Shown here one piece after another: positions 51,316 to 64,000 of a stretch of DNA of 64,000 nucleotides. The notes under the pieces are model-generated. The model made no database searches, was not told the origin of the DNA, and saw nothing but the letters and a program-made list of their open reading frames with translations. Source of the DNA: Octopus sinensis (taxonomy: Eukaryota); the NCBI RefSeq assembly GCF_006345805.1, contig NC_043005.1:15252001-15316000 (forward strand), given 5' to 3'. Numbering within the stretch: position 1 is the first letter of the stretch; every line of letters starts with the position of its first letter. The position numbers and the translations under genes were made by a program.

Positions 51316-51574
51316 TTGACCGCCACGACTGGCCTCGTGCCGGTGGCATGTAAAAAGCACCATCCAATCGTGGCCATTTGCCAGCCTCATCTGGCACCTG
51401 GGCACGTAAAAAGCTCCCACTACACTCACGGAGTGGTTGGCGTTAGGAAGGGCATCCAGCCGTAGAAATATTGCCAGATCAGACTGGGCCTGGTGCAGCC
51501 TTCTGGTTTCCCAGACCCCAGTTGAACCGTCCAACCAATGCTAGCTTGGAAAGCAGACGCTAAACAATGATGAT
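51316..51574 (+). mobile_element. Retroposon family D
   Basis: Plus-strand copy ending GCAGACGCTAAACAATGATGATG. Confidence 0.75.
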
Positions 51575-52313
51575 GTCTGGCCCATGCAAACAGGGAAAAG
51601 TAGATGTTGACATGATAATGACTGATGAATATCAAAACAAGAATAACATTAAAAACAAAGAATCAAAACTGAAACATTCTGACTTCTTGTATTTTTAAAA
51701 TTTTTTTTTATTTATTTAATTGTAGGAATTTCTCTTTTTTTTCCTTTTTGTGATAAAATGTCTTTTTTTTTTAAGAGTTCAATTTTTTTCACATATTAGT
51801 GTATATTTCTTTGAACAAATCAAAAAAAAAAAAAGTCCCAGCTTATTCAAAGAGAATACGGGACATTTTGCAACGGTCAGTTAAGTTTCTTATCAGAATT
51901 TCTTAAGCACAACTGAAAATAACAGCTCTCAGGATGACATTCCAACTTCATAACATTTAGTGGACAAAGTGTTGGTTGGTTTGGTTGTTATTGTTGTTTC
52001 TGTTCATGTTTAAGCAATAATGATTTATTTATTTATTTATAAGTTTTAAAAAAAAAAAAAGGAATTTTCACATTAGGATACAAAAAATGTTTTACAGTAT
52101 GATGAATAGAAACCCAAATTTTTTTTTTTTGAAATTTGTTTTTTATTTTTTTTTTTAGCAATATTCTGATAGGTCATCATTTTAGCATTCTTTGTACTCT
52201 GATAAGTTGCTATCTGTATAAATATATACATATATATATATACATATATATATACACACATACATATATACATATATATATAAATACATATATATGTACA
52301 TACATATATATAT

Positions 52314-52398
52314 TTAGCATTCTTGGTACTCCCATAGGTCTTTTTCATAGCCTTCATGGACATGATCTAAAAGTACTTTACGTCGACTTTCACAATAC
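52314..52398 (-). CDS. ARIH1: Ariadne-1 terminal coding exon
   Basis: tttcag|G TAT...TGC TAA; [27 protein letters not shown]. Confidence 0.96.
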
Positions 52399-52905
52399 CT
52401 GAAACGATAAAATGTAGATTAAATTTTTTTTTTTTCAATGTAAAATAAAATAAGGATTTCAACTATGGACCACAAATTTGTATTTGGTGGTATGATTGTG
52501 TGTGTGTGTGTGTATTTTTTATTAGTTTCAGTTTGAAAGTTGTAGCCATGGCCATGCTGGGGCACCACTTTGATGTCTTTAGTTGGATGGACTCCAGGAC
52601 TTATATATGTACATTCATGCACAACAGACTTCCACACAGTTTCTGCCAACCAAATTCACCAACGACACTCGTTCTGGGTGCCATGCAGTGGGACTGAACC
52701 CATATAGCCAATTATATATATATATATAGTGAATATTCCTTGTATTGTTTGTCTTGTACTCTGTTTTTTCGTTGTTAAAAAAAGTCTGTTTCCTTGTTTG
52801 ATTTTATGTTTTCGTTTCTCGTTGTGTTCTACGTTTATTTGTGGTGTCCTGTACATAGATGTAGGTATGTACATATATGTATGCATGTTTTATTTATTAA
52901 ATTGT

Positions 52906-52958
<53 letters not shown>

Positions 52959-54269
52959 AACTAGTATACCCATGTCATCAAGAATGCCAAGTTTTATTAA
53001 TGATAGAAAATGGCACATCAACACAATGGGAGAAATCACTGCTAAAGGTCAGCAACCTAGTAAATAAATGTACATACACAGAATTGAAGTAATTAAAAAC
53101 TCAGACACACTTGTACCATCTCTGTTGATGTATGAATGTATATATATATATTTGTATACACCTATGGATGTGCATACGTATGTGTATATGCATGTGTGCA
53201 TGCATGTATGCTCGTTTACATTTCTTAGATTGATGAAATCAGCAAAATTTGAAAAGGGCAAGCATGGAAAAATGGACTAAAAAGAATAAAATGAAAGTGT
53301 ATGCGTGTGTGTGTGAAACTGATAAAGTAAATATAATTTATGATAAAATTTCAGTTTAATTCGGAATAAAATGCATTTTTCAGAGGAAAATCTTCGACAG
53401 TTATTTGTATGCTTTACTGCCTCTGATTGTCACTCACCCCCACTCCATTTGTTGCTTTACACATTTTCCCCCACAAAGTGTGACCAACAGGACACACATT
53501 GTGCTTCATTATATATAAAATATACAATACTGAATATTACTCAAAATTGTATATATTTGAAGGTACCGTGTTTGATGGCATATAAGATGCATTATTTTTA
53601 GGAAAAAAGAATAAGACCAAAGGAAATCATCTTGGGTCTGATATGTGAAGTTTTAATGCACTTAGAAATATTTTTTTCTGAATATGTACTGCTGAAATTG
53701 GGGCGTCTGTCTTTTATGCTATCAACTATGGTCAATTCTCCCACTCCACTTAAAACTGCATGTGGCAGAACCTTAGTTTGGGCTTAAAACTTGCAGTGTA
53801 CACACACACACACACAGCATCTAATATGCCAATAAATGCTACACATATTGTTAGTTAATCCAGAGTGGCAATTTAAAAGTACAAGTTGGCTGTTTGTTCT
53901 GAGCACAGACTATAGAAATTTATTGCTATGATATCTATGGCTCTAAGACTGTACTAGCAACTAACTGAAACTGCTAGCTGCAAACAGTATGAAAAACAAT
54001 GAAAAGCAGCATGCGACTTATGCACAGACGAAAGGCTGAAGCTAAAATAGTATAAAGCATAAAAGGAGCATACTACGTAGGTTACTACTTCAACAAATAT
54101 ATACTACGAGCAAAATGCCCCCCCCCTCCAATGGACGGTGCTGAGTTGTCAAACATTTAAACCAAATTTTCTCAAAACAACTTGTCCAACCATCCCATAG
54201 GCCTCCCCTTTGAGAAACACTGATTTAGCCTAAATTTGAGACTCCAGCAAAAGAAGAAGTAAAGATAGA

Positions 54270-54532
54270 CTTTTTTTTCTATTCCAAAGAAAAACGATTT
54301 TATTCACACAAATATGCAACCGAAGAGTTTAAAGTACCAGTAATGATAAGGCTGTTGACTGGGAGTATGGCTTTATCAATCGCATTCTCACCTGGAATCG
54401 ATTTTTGTAATTTTTTCAGGACTTATACACGCCCTGATACTGTGAGTATCTACATATCAAATCTGAGCGCAATTGGATGGAGGATGCCCGAGATCCTAGA
54501 AGACAGACAGAACGGATTTTATATAATAGATA
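54270..54532 (+). mobile_element. Helitron-like non-autonomous fragment
   Basis: Ends AAATCTGAGCGCAATTGGATG...CAGACAGAACGGATTTTATATAATAGAT. Confidence 0.4.
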
Positions 54533-55515
54533 CTACTGAGCTTATTCTCTGTCCTGTTTTAACATTTAAATCCCGCCCAAATTTGACTTGCTAAAAACAG
54601 CAGCCAAATTTGCTCACATTGCACCTCACCATCTTAGAAGAAGGAAAAAAAAGAGGAAAGACACAATGGACAATATAGTCCTAGATATATGAAAAGATGG
54701 AATAGCCAAAGCTAAAACACTTTGGTAATGGGTTTGTTCAGTCAGATCTCAGAGCTAAACAAGAGCAAGAAATGTTGATGGGATCTGATGTGTAGAATAG
54801 TAGGTACAACAGAAAGAGAAAATTTTACATTAGAGGTCAGAGGTATTCTACTGACTACTGTACATGTAAGAGGATGGAGTGTAGAACAAAATCTCTGTTC
54901 TTAATCTCTTATGATTTAGACTGTAAACCCTACTCAGCAGCTGCCTCAAAATTCAACTATGACCACCACCGCCTAATGTAGACACTACATAAAACTACAT
55001 CACACACACACTTTGGCCCAGCCTATTTGGTGTTGCTGATTCAATTCTAACTTATTTGACATCAGATGTTTTAATGTTTCTCTTCTTCTCCCCCAACCGC
55101 ATCCCTCTCTTTCTGCTTGTGTGAGAATATTTCTTTTCATGTGTGTCAATTGTGTCCAATTAATAAATCATGTCTCCTGTCTCCTTTGTCCAATTAATAA
55201 ATATAATGTCTTGACGTTAAATGATGATGATGATATATATCTTTCCTTCTGTATATACATGCATTTGCCTCCAGGGCCAAAATAAGCTGACTGTGCAGTT
55301 AGCCGTGCCAAATCGTCTGCATCCAAACAGTTCTACCCAATTACCATATTCTTCAGGCTCCTATCAGATGACATTGATACCACTCAGTGGTTGTGTAAAG
55401 GGACACGTGATACAAATACTATACAGTGGCTAACCCAATGAACCCCTATGATATAACATTGGGACTATGTGAAACTGTCAGTAACATCGGTGAAATCCAA
55501 CACAAATATCATTAC

Positions 55516-55628
55516 CTATATTTATCTTGCACTTTCTGTTTAATATCTGCTAACATGTCTGAAGTGATTTCTCGTTCTAGATATTCAGAGAGCTGTTCAG
55601 TTGCAATTTCTAGATCCTTTTGATTTTC
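55516..55628 (-). CDS. ARIH1: Ariadne-1 coding exon
   Basis: ttgcag|GAA...TAT AG|gtaatg; [37 protein letters not shown](R). Confidence 0.95.
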
Positions 55629-56559
55629 CTGCAAAGAAAAAAACAAACAAAAAACTCAAATGTAAACTCTCATATAAGAAATACAGATGAAAAGGATGTT
55701 TGTGAATAGTTTGAAAGAAAACTGTACAAGAGACAAAGCCAATTGATGAAGGTGTTGATTAGAATTTTTGGATTGAAAATAAAAGCTACATACACAAAAC
55801 CAAGATGATTGGTGATGTTATAGACTTGTCCAATCCATGCCAGCATGGAAAAATAAGTATTAAGAAGCTGATGATAATAAATTATATAAAGACAGAAGGA
55901 TAAAGAAAATTGTGATACCACATAGGAGGCAAATCATCTTTTAGTTCATGACTCGCCACATTACTGTTGCTGCTGTTGTTATACACAACCAGAGCCACTT
56001 TGCACTGGTTTCAAACATAACACCATACACTATTGAGTAGAGCTAATTTAATTATATAACAGTTTTGAGAGATAATTCAAAACAAAAATATTTCACAATA
56101 CAAACTAAGCAAAGCACAAACACACACACACACACACACCCTTTCCTTTTCTTGCAAACACTTTGTCCTGCTGCTTTAGTGCTTAGAGGTAATACTAAAT
56201 CATTGAGGAGATATTTAGATATTTGCATGTGTCCAAGAGCCTGCTACATGCTTGGCAAACCTTTTCAGAAGTGGGGAAACTGTTCCCCAGTTACCCACAA
56301 TCAATGTAAACACAATGAAAAGTATGTTGGGAGAGACTGTTGAAATCATAGAGTGTTAGCAGCATGTGCTGTGTGCATGAGGAAAGATAAAGGAGCCTCT
56401 CTGTAAGATTTGTCATGAGCAAGGAACAAATGTTTAAATTCTTCTGGATAGGCAATAATGATGGTGTGGGTAGAGTATGCATACAATCAGCAGAAAAATG
56501 TGTAAATAAAAATGATCAAGAAAGAGTGAGTAATAGGATAATAATGAAGCTTGAACTAG

Positions 56560-58150
56560 TGTTGTGACATTTATCTGTTTACGCTCCACAATTTGGACTG
56601 ATAGATGAACAGAAATACTAAGTATGAGGCCTTCATGAAGGCTACAGCAATGGACATTTTGGACAGCACTCTGATGGATTCCATGGTGTGCAAAGAAGCA
56701 TGGGTTCTAAAATGAGGAGAGAAAGCCGCAGGAGTTCTGTGGTGCCAATGACATGATAATCTCCAACACTAATTTCAGGAAATAAACCAATTTTTGATCA
56801 CTTATGAATCTGGTGAGCACATACACCAAATACATTTAATTCTCAGTAGGAAATGAGATAAACAAATATGGTTGTGAAATAAAAACTTTCCCTGGTGAAG
56901 AATATAAAACCTGACATCAGTTAGTGAAAAACAACTTCAGATTTGAACTAGGAAGACTCAAAAGCAGAAACTTTCAGAAGGGAAGATATGGAAGCTTAAA
57001 GAACCAGCAAACAATCGGAAGTTTACAGAAATGCTAGTTGAAGCATTTGATGATAGGCAGGAGGAGAGCAGAGAAGACAATTAGAAGTTCCTGCTGAGAG
57101 CTACAGACCAAGTCTGTTGCTGGTACTAGGTTCCAGCCAAAACTAAATGTTGGAGTCACAGCAACAAAGTGACAGGCCTGGAAAGACAGAGAATAGAGGC
57201 AGCAGAGATTTATATCAGGTTGCTAGAGGGGAAGCTAGGTGACAGGTTTACTTAGCAAAGAAAAAAGGCGAGAAGTTTGACAAATGTTAGATGACATGAA
57301 ATGCACCAAATTACACAGCAAAATACCAGAACCATGATGTAGGTGAGAAGTGTGTATAAATGGATAATGGTACACTTGCACTTGGTCTTTCATAAGACCA
57401 CTGCTTTCCCTCTTTTCTTTCAGAAACACTATTAAGCGTGGAGAATGCAGGGAACAAAAAGAGTCTTCCCAGCATGGACACAACAAAGGGTGCAGCCATT
57501 CTTGAAGATAGTAGTATATAAATAAAGTAACTAAGGCTATGAAGGCAAAGAAAGCCTCTCCTCAGAAAGCATTCAGAATTACTGCTGGAATGCTTAAAAC
57601 ATCCTGCAGAACAGGATGTGGACTAGTTATCATATAGTCAGCCAGGTTGTGCAAAGTGCCATATTCAATGACTGGATAGCAGAATCATAGTAAACTGCTA
57701 CAAGAGCAAAGGAGATGGCTTAGAGACAGGTAATTACAGAAGCATCAAATTGTTGGACCAAATAATGAAAGATGAAGAAGAAAGATTATAGCTTAACTGA
57801 TTAAGGAAAGAGTTAGTCTGGATGAGATGCCTTCCTCCTAGTGAGACATTTACAGGAAAAGTACTTAGCTAAGAATAAGCTGTAGCACCTAGTATTTATC
57901 AAACTAGAGAAAGCCTTTGACAGAGCCCCCAGTTTGATGACTTGAAGAAAGCTAGGAGTAGGCAAATAGCTTGTGTAAACTATTGAAGCCATGTACAGGG
58001 GTGCTGCTCGCAATGAGGATAGTGACAAATTTAGTTTGCAGATAATGATTCAGAGCTCAGTTCTCTTCTATTTATCATAGTCTTACCATTCACAATGGAA
58101 GAGTTTAATGTTGAATGACAATGGGCACTCTTATATACTGATGACTAGGA
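56560..58150 (+). mobile_element. Heavily degraded RTE-clade LINE (endonuclease + RT) in ARIH1 intron
   Basis: Residual motifs NGHFGQHSDGFHGV, EFCGANDMIISNTNFRK, IVNCYKSKGDGLETGNYRSIKLLDQIMK, LQEKYLAKNK, FIKLEKAFDRAP, YTDD; many stops and frameshifts. Confidence 0.75.
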
Positions 58151-58647
58151 GAAATATTTCAGCATTTGACAGTGATAGGTGCTGCCTCTGGGATGCAGCA
58201 TTAGAGAGTAATAGAGGAGGTAATGTCAGTAGCAGTAACCTTGATGGTTTAAAACCAGAAGTGTTTTTGCAATGAGCGTGTATGTGTACATGGTGGTCAG
58301 GCTGGATGAGTGCAGAGATTATTTTGGAGAGATTTTACTAGTGTATGCAGTACAGAGTTGGTTGGAGAGTGTTTAGTTGTTGAAGTACTGTTTACAGAGT
58401 CATTACAGTTGGAAACTAGAGGGAAGGAGGAGTCTGTAAAGTTTTCAAATGCACTCAATAATACATGATTACTAATATATGTCACACACACACAGAGTAA
58501 TACATGACTAAACTTATAAATCATTATTAAAAAGAAGATAAATAAAATGTTAATCAGATTACAACGAAAAACACTGAAGAAATTATTTTGCTGCATAAAG
58601 AATTTTCAAACATTTGTAACTGAAGAAATGACAGAGTTGTTACTTAC

Positions 58648-58824
58648 TTCAAATATAATGGACTGGTTATTCTTCTTTAAATAGAATGCAAAAACATAAG
58701 TGTACATAAGTGTCTGGCGACATTGACAAAGTACATCTACGGCCTTTTTAAGGAACTGGACTTCAATCCAAGACATGTTATGCTGTTGCATCTCTTCCAT
58801 TTTTACCTTCACCAATGCATACAA
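58648..58824 (-). CDS. ARIH1: Ariadne-1 coding exon (Ariadne domain)
   Basis: ttttag|TTG...GAA|gtaagt; [59 protein letters not shown]. Confidence 0.97.
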
Positions 58825-58996
58825 CTAAAACAACAAAACAATGATATTTATTGAAAAAGGAATTCTTAGAGGTACATGATACGTTAACATACACTAAGAA
58901 AGGAAACCTCAAACTGAATAGTCACCATTACTGCTTCGGTCCCAGAGGGGTTCAAGGACCACAGCTTGCTTGTAAATTTCAATTTTACTTTGTATT

Positions 58997-59229
58997 CATT
59001 TCTTTACTACCCACAAGGGGCTAAACATAGAGGGGACGAACAAGGATAGACAAAGGGATTAAGTCAATTACATTGACCCCAGTGCGAAACTGGTACTTTA
59101 TTTATCGACCCCGAAAGGATGAAAGGCAAAGTCGACCTCGGCGGAATTTGAACTCAGAATGTAGCGGCAGGCGATATACCGCTAAACATTTCGCCTGGCG
59201 CGCTAACGTTTCTCCCAGCTCACCGCCTT
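58997..59229 (-). mobile_element. SINE family C with 17-bp TSD
   Basis: TSD CAATTTTACTTTGTATT at 58980-58996 and 59230-59246. Confidence 0.88.
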
Positions 59230-59722
59230 CAATTTTACTTTGTATTTTATAGTTGGATGTCCTTCCTAACACCAACAATTTTACTGGGTACATTTTTTTT
59301 TGTAACTCAAACACTGGGGAGGTTATGTTCTGACCCCCACACAGTTAATGGGTGCATTTTACAGTGGTACCAGCACTAGAGGCAATAGGAAAGAGAGTGG
59401 GATATATAGTGAGGATAAATGATGTCAATAGCAAATAGCTGGGATGGGGGTATAGGTAGGGTGCATCTGATGAAGATTATTAAGCATGTGTGTCATGGCA
59501 GATAAGAAATATAAGAATGAAATGGTACAAAGAGTTGATGAAATGGTCAGATAGCTGAGGAGTCATTCTGACTTGCACTGGAAGCACTGTACAGTGAACA
59601 GAAAAAAATTAAATCCGTCTTCTTTAGTCACACCACAGTGTGACACAGGATGGACTGACAAGTGTGTGCATGAGAGATGACCAATAAGGGCATAGGTGAT
59701 AAAGGGACATATGATAGTTTAA

Positions 59723-59940
59723 CCCTTTAGCATTCAAACCGGCCATATCCGGCCAAAATAGTCCTTGTTTTATCTTCAAATCAGTCAGATCTGGCCTCTC
59801 ACACCTATCCTACAATGTCATTTTAAAAACAAACAGTTATATCATCGAAATCTCGAAACTATATGATAGTGCATGATGAATTCAGAATAATGTAAATCAA
59901 TAAGCATTACATTTGTTAGATTAATGGGAATGCTAAAGGG
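59723..59940. mobile_element. piggyBac-type MITE family 2
   Basis: TTAA-CCCTTTAGCATTC ... GAATGCTAAAGGG-TTAA; perfect 13-bp TIR. Confidence 0.87.
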
Positions 59941-61067
59941 TTAAAGTGGTTGAACTATTATCCACAGAGTGGACTCAGTGGATTTTACATGGCACTAGCA
60001 CAAGTGAAGTTAGTTTTGGCAAGATTTTTACAGCTGGATGCTCTTCCAGACGGCAACCATATTACAGTGTGGACTGGATGCTTTTAACATGGCACCAGCA
60101 CTGGTAGGGTAACCAAGTAACTCACAAGACAAGGAATTATGAGAGGGTCAAGGCATTTATGTCAGAAGATGAAAGAGTGTAACAAAACAGACACAGCAGC
60201 CTTGGGTAGATTTTCTACGTGGCTGACTCCTGTCAACCATGCATGCATGGAAGACGGATGTTAAACAACAATGATGATGATGATGATAATGATTAGATTA
60301 AGACTAAATTCAAATAAATTTACATCTCTCTAGATAAATATTTTATTCTTCAATTCAAATCTGTTTGCTGATGCTAAATGGCAACTGCTTCCTATGTATG
60401 AAAGATGGATAACAGTAAGCTGGTCTGCCATCAAATTGATCTCCAGTTTCCTCAGTCGCAGGCCAAATCTTATGTTCTTGCTGATAAGATACCCAAGGTA
60501 ATATTTTCATTTTTCTAAATGATACTGGAACATAAGCAAATTAACTTGTATTGCAGCGTAACTAATTTTCACCATCTTGGCCATCAGATGTAAGGTCTCT
60601 GGCTAACTCAAATCAAGCTCCTTCAAAAAGAATCCAGATACCTGCTGGCGGCATGTAAAACCAAAAGATCCAGTCTGTTGAGGCAATACTACCTGGGTCA
60701 ACTCCTTGTCTAGTATTTGTAATAGACAAAAGTGCTGTTTTTAGAAGAACAGTCAGCTTGTATGAATGTGGTGGTAGTGATGAGGGAACTCTGCAAAAAT
60801 GAAGAGACGTTTGGGATGGAAAATCTATCATCATTTCAACATCTACTTTTCTGTGCTTGCATCGTTCAGACAAGAGTATGTCGAAGCAGTCTCGTCCAAC
60901 CTGATGCCCTTCATGGGAAGCAATAATCTCCCAGTCTATTGAACAATAAACATCCATGGCATATTTTTACACAGAGAACTTAGAGCCTTTTAGCAGGAAG
61001 GGCATAACTCAGTAATATGTTCTTATCCAACCCATGCTAGTAAAGGACAATATACATAAAATCAAAT

Positions 61068-61102
<35 letters not shown>

Positions 61103-61513
61103 CATTCAAACACACATTCTCTTCCTTTTATCTACTTGGATTCTGTTTTTTGAAAAAAAAAAAACCTTAAACATTAACATTCTTACTCTTATTGTATCTG
61201 GGTGAATAAAGTTCTATCATCTGTATTACAGACACATTGGAAGACAAAGAATAATCAATAGATTAAGTATTGAATAGAATTCTCTTCTCCAATATCTGAG
61301 TCACAAAGGAAGCTACATTGAAGAAATGCTGAACAGACTCAATATCTAGTATAATGTCATACCCTCATTTTAGAGATATTGAATGAGCCACATTGATGAA
61401 TAGTAAAATTTGAAGTGAGAGAGAAAGAGAGAAGGGGGAGCATGTAAGGATTAAGGGAGGCTACTCTATTATTCTATTTTCCAACAGAAAATATGCAATA
61501 CTGTTACAATTAA

Positions 61514-61734
61514 CCCTTTCGTTACTGTATTTATTTTGAGGGGTTCTGTGTTTCTTTCAATTACATTAAATATAACAAAGAATTTCGTGAAATAACTTAG
61601 TTATCATTTAGCTAGTGTTAGGAACATAAATTGTGACTAAGGTTTGGTGGAAGATTTTAATTCAAAACTTATGAAAGCAAGACATTTGTAATACAGAGCC
61701 AGAGGCAGTTTCAGCCGGGTTGGTAGCGAAAGGG
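61514..61734. mobile_element. piggyBac-type MITE family 1
   Basis: TTAA-CCCTTTCGTTAC ... GTAGCGAAAGGG-TTAA; collinear with the 18197 copy. Confidence 0.85.
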
Positions 61735-62311
61735 TTAAGAAGGAAAGTGAAATGTCTGTAAAAGCAGCTTCTTCCATTTTATCCCATGTAGTATGCATGT
61801 ACTTTTGGATAGTATCACTGCCTTTGACTTATTGTCCCCTCTTTTACCATTTTAACAAGTTGTTGTGCACCAGGTTTGCCTTTCATCCCTTTTGGGCTTG
61901 ATAAAATAAGTACCAACTGAGCATTGGGGTCAATGTAATCAATTTGTACCTCCACCCATGAATTTGCTGGCCCTGTGCCAAAATTTGAACCCACTATTAC
62001 TATTGTTGCAGACCTATTGGACAAAATGCTTAGTAGCATTTCTTCTGGTTCTTTATATTCTGGGTTCAAATTCCACCAATGCCAACTTCGCCTTCCATCC
62101 TTTCAGGGTTGATAAAATAAGTATCAGTCAAGTACAGGGGTTGATGTAACCAACTTGTCCCCTTCCCACAAAATTGCTGGCCTTATATCAGAAATAAGTG
62201 TCAAGAACTTGATGGGTGTTTCTGGGTTGATATTTCCAAAACCAGAGAATAGAGAAGGTGATATTTCTTAAATTAAAGAATAAAAGTTTATATTCACATA
62301 AATTCACTTAC

Positions 62312-62395
62312 CTTGTGTTCAAACTTTAAACTCTGCATATGATTCATATATCGATTGCAATAAAATAGATAACGCTGTAACGCCGCCCGGGACTT
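62312..62395 (-). CDS. ARIH1: Ariadne-1 coding exon
   Basis: ttttag|AAG...AAG|gtaagt; [28 protein letters not shown] (missed by the ORF track). Confidence 0.96.
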
Positions 62396-62933
62396 CTAAA
62401 AGAAAGCAAAAGGAAGGGGGAAAGAAAAAGAAAGACGTTCCTAAAATTTTGTTGTTTATACAAGGTTGTAAAAGAAAATTTATAACAATACCCACAAACA
62501 TAAGGAAAACAAAAATGTACAGTTGGGGGCAAAGAGAGAGAGACACAGTCAAGTGTCCATAAACATATACTGTCAAGGGCACCAGACATTCACAAGTACA
62601 CACATTCCAACCAAAGTATGCAAAGTCACACACAGTTAACCCTTTTCAAATGCCATATTAGATAATAGCATATGAAGCAGTATATTCCTTTAAAAAGGGA
62701 AAAGTGACAGTTGTTTGTCAACAATCAAAGATATAAAATTTCAAGGGAAAGCAGACTCAATAAAAGCACATTGATAAATATAAGTTATTATATTTATTAA
62801 TGAATTATCTAAGACTTCTACATATTCTCTCATAATGGCCTAATATCCCACTTGTTTAAATCTTTTAACTTAAACTAAATGAATTAGGGGTAAGTATGGA
62901 AGTGGGGGGGCAAAATAAATGTAGTTTTTTCAC

Positions 62934-62991
62934 CTCCTGAGCATCTCTTGCTTTTTTTGCTTCTTCTTCATCAAATCGGTTGCAGTTGTAC
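62934..62991 (-). CDS. ARIH1: Ariadne-1 RBR E3 ligase coding exon
   Basis: Minus strand ttctag|G TAC...GAG|gtgaaa; (W)YNCNRFDEEEAKKARDAQE. Confidence 0.95.
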
Positions 62992-63159
62992 CTAGAAACA
63001 AACAATATGGAAGTATTCTTTAAATAATGCACAACAGGAAATAAGTGTGTAAGTGTGATAACAGCTCTTAAACAGAGGACATAAAATTTCAATAGAGAGT
63101 CGGAATTACAGAGGTTTGATTCTAGATTTCTAGTAGAGAAAGATTTTGTACATAGTCAT

Positions 63160-63990
63160 TTCTTGGATTGACAAGAAAGTAATTTCAGTTTTTTAGTGTG
63201 AAATAAAAGTAATTTTATGTCATACAAAGAATGAACTTTAACCAATTATATATTTTCCATTTTATTTGATGACCTTTTGCCATCTTTCAAGCAACTTTAT
63301 GATTCTGTACTCATGGAACTTCTGATCCTTAACCAAAAACTGAAGCAAGTGCAATTTCAGGTCATCATCATTATTGAAAGTTTTACCATTCAAAGACTTT
63401 TGCAAACTTTGAAATAAATGGTAAACTGATGGTGCAAGGTCAGGGATATATGGTGGATGTGACATCACTTCCCAACCAAGCTCTAATAATTTGTAATGAG
63501 TTAGCAAAGATCTGTGTGGTCTTGTGTCATCGTGGTGGAAGGATTCCTTTACGATTTGCCAATTCTGGTCGTTTTTCTTTGATTGCTTCCTCCAGTTTGA
63601 TTAGTTGTTGGCAGTAAACATCTGAAGTGCTCGTTTGGTTCCTTGGAAGCAGCAGCTCAAAATACACAATACCCTTGTAATCCCACTAAACTGACAGCAT
63701 GACTTCTTTTTGACATGGTTTGTGCTGGTTCATTATTCTTGGACCATGATCGTTTTTGATTAATGTTATTGTAAATAACTCATTTTCCATCACCAGTGAG
63801 GATTCATTTAAAAAAAAGGCCGATTTCATTGCGTTTGAGATGCATATTATAAAAATATTAATTCATTGTATTAAGTGAATCTCTTTCAATTTATGTGGAA
63901 CCCAAATATCGAGCTTCTTAACAAGTCCAAGACATTTGATTTTCAATTGTTGTGAGTGATACATTTAACCTCTCGGCAATCTCTTGCACA
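63160..63990 (-). mobile_element. Degraded mariner (DD34D-type) transposon remnant in ARIH1 intron
   Basis: KKVMLSV*WDYKGIVYFELL...FHHDDTRPH...LGWEVMSHPPYIPDLAPSVYHLFQSL...ERWQKVI with stops and frameshifts; third catalytic D replaced by V. Confidence 0.88.
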
Positions 63991-64000
63991 TTTATATGAC

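Noticed and set aside
54025-54052. Hammerhead-like CAGACGA-AAGGC-TGAA-GCT-AAAAT-AGTA
   Set aside because: U4, G12 and C15.2 all deviate and stem I does not form; too decayed to call, although it weakens any claim that such motifs occur only over fringe
59555-59576. CTGAGGA-GTCA-TTC-TGAC resembling a hammerhead 5' half
   Set aside because: Not followed by GAAA, stem III or NUH
60300-60960. 114-aa minus-strand ORF with faint GV..G and YLG motifs
   Set aside because: Possibly a decayed LINE RT, but similarity is too weak to call without a search

Overview
AT-rich, microsatellite-dense metazoan DNA; the SINE families and gene content point to an octopus (inference). Two intron-rich genes lie tail-to-tail. 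A Fringe-family beta-1,3-GlcNAc-transferase is on the + strand (six coding exons, 13947-35215; 5' exons not found and probably upstream of the window). Ariadne-1 (ARIH1, RBR E3 ligase) is on the - strand (last five coding exons, 62991-52314). All assembled exons have GT-AG borders and consistent phases. The rest is a mosaic of mobile DNA: tRNA-derived SINEs, a defective DD34E Tc1 element, a mariner remnant, CR1 and RTE LINE fragments, TTAA-flanked piggyBac-type MITEs, Helitron/Helentron-like pieces and long (TA)n blocks, which explain nearly all the IYIY/CVCV ORFs. The most notable unexplained signal is a set of about ten type-I hammerhead-ribozyme motifs from several Penelope-like/retrozyme-like families. 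They show compensatory stem changes and palindromic stem III, and they include a tandem pair 678 nt apart, a tRNA-headed SINE with a hammerhead tail, and two sense-strand hammerheads bracketing two fringe exons. Two duplicated candidate 9-nt in-frame microexons and a perfect 98-bp-arm palindrome also sit in fringe introns. All structures were folded and aligned by eye; no searches were run.
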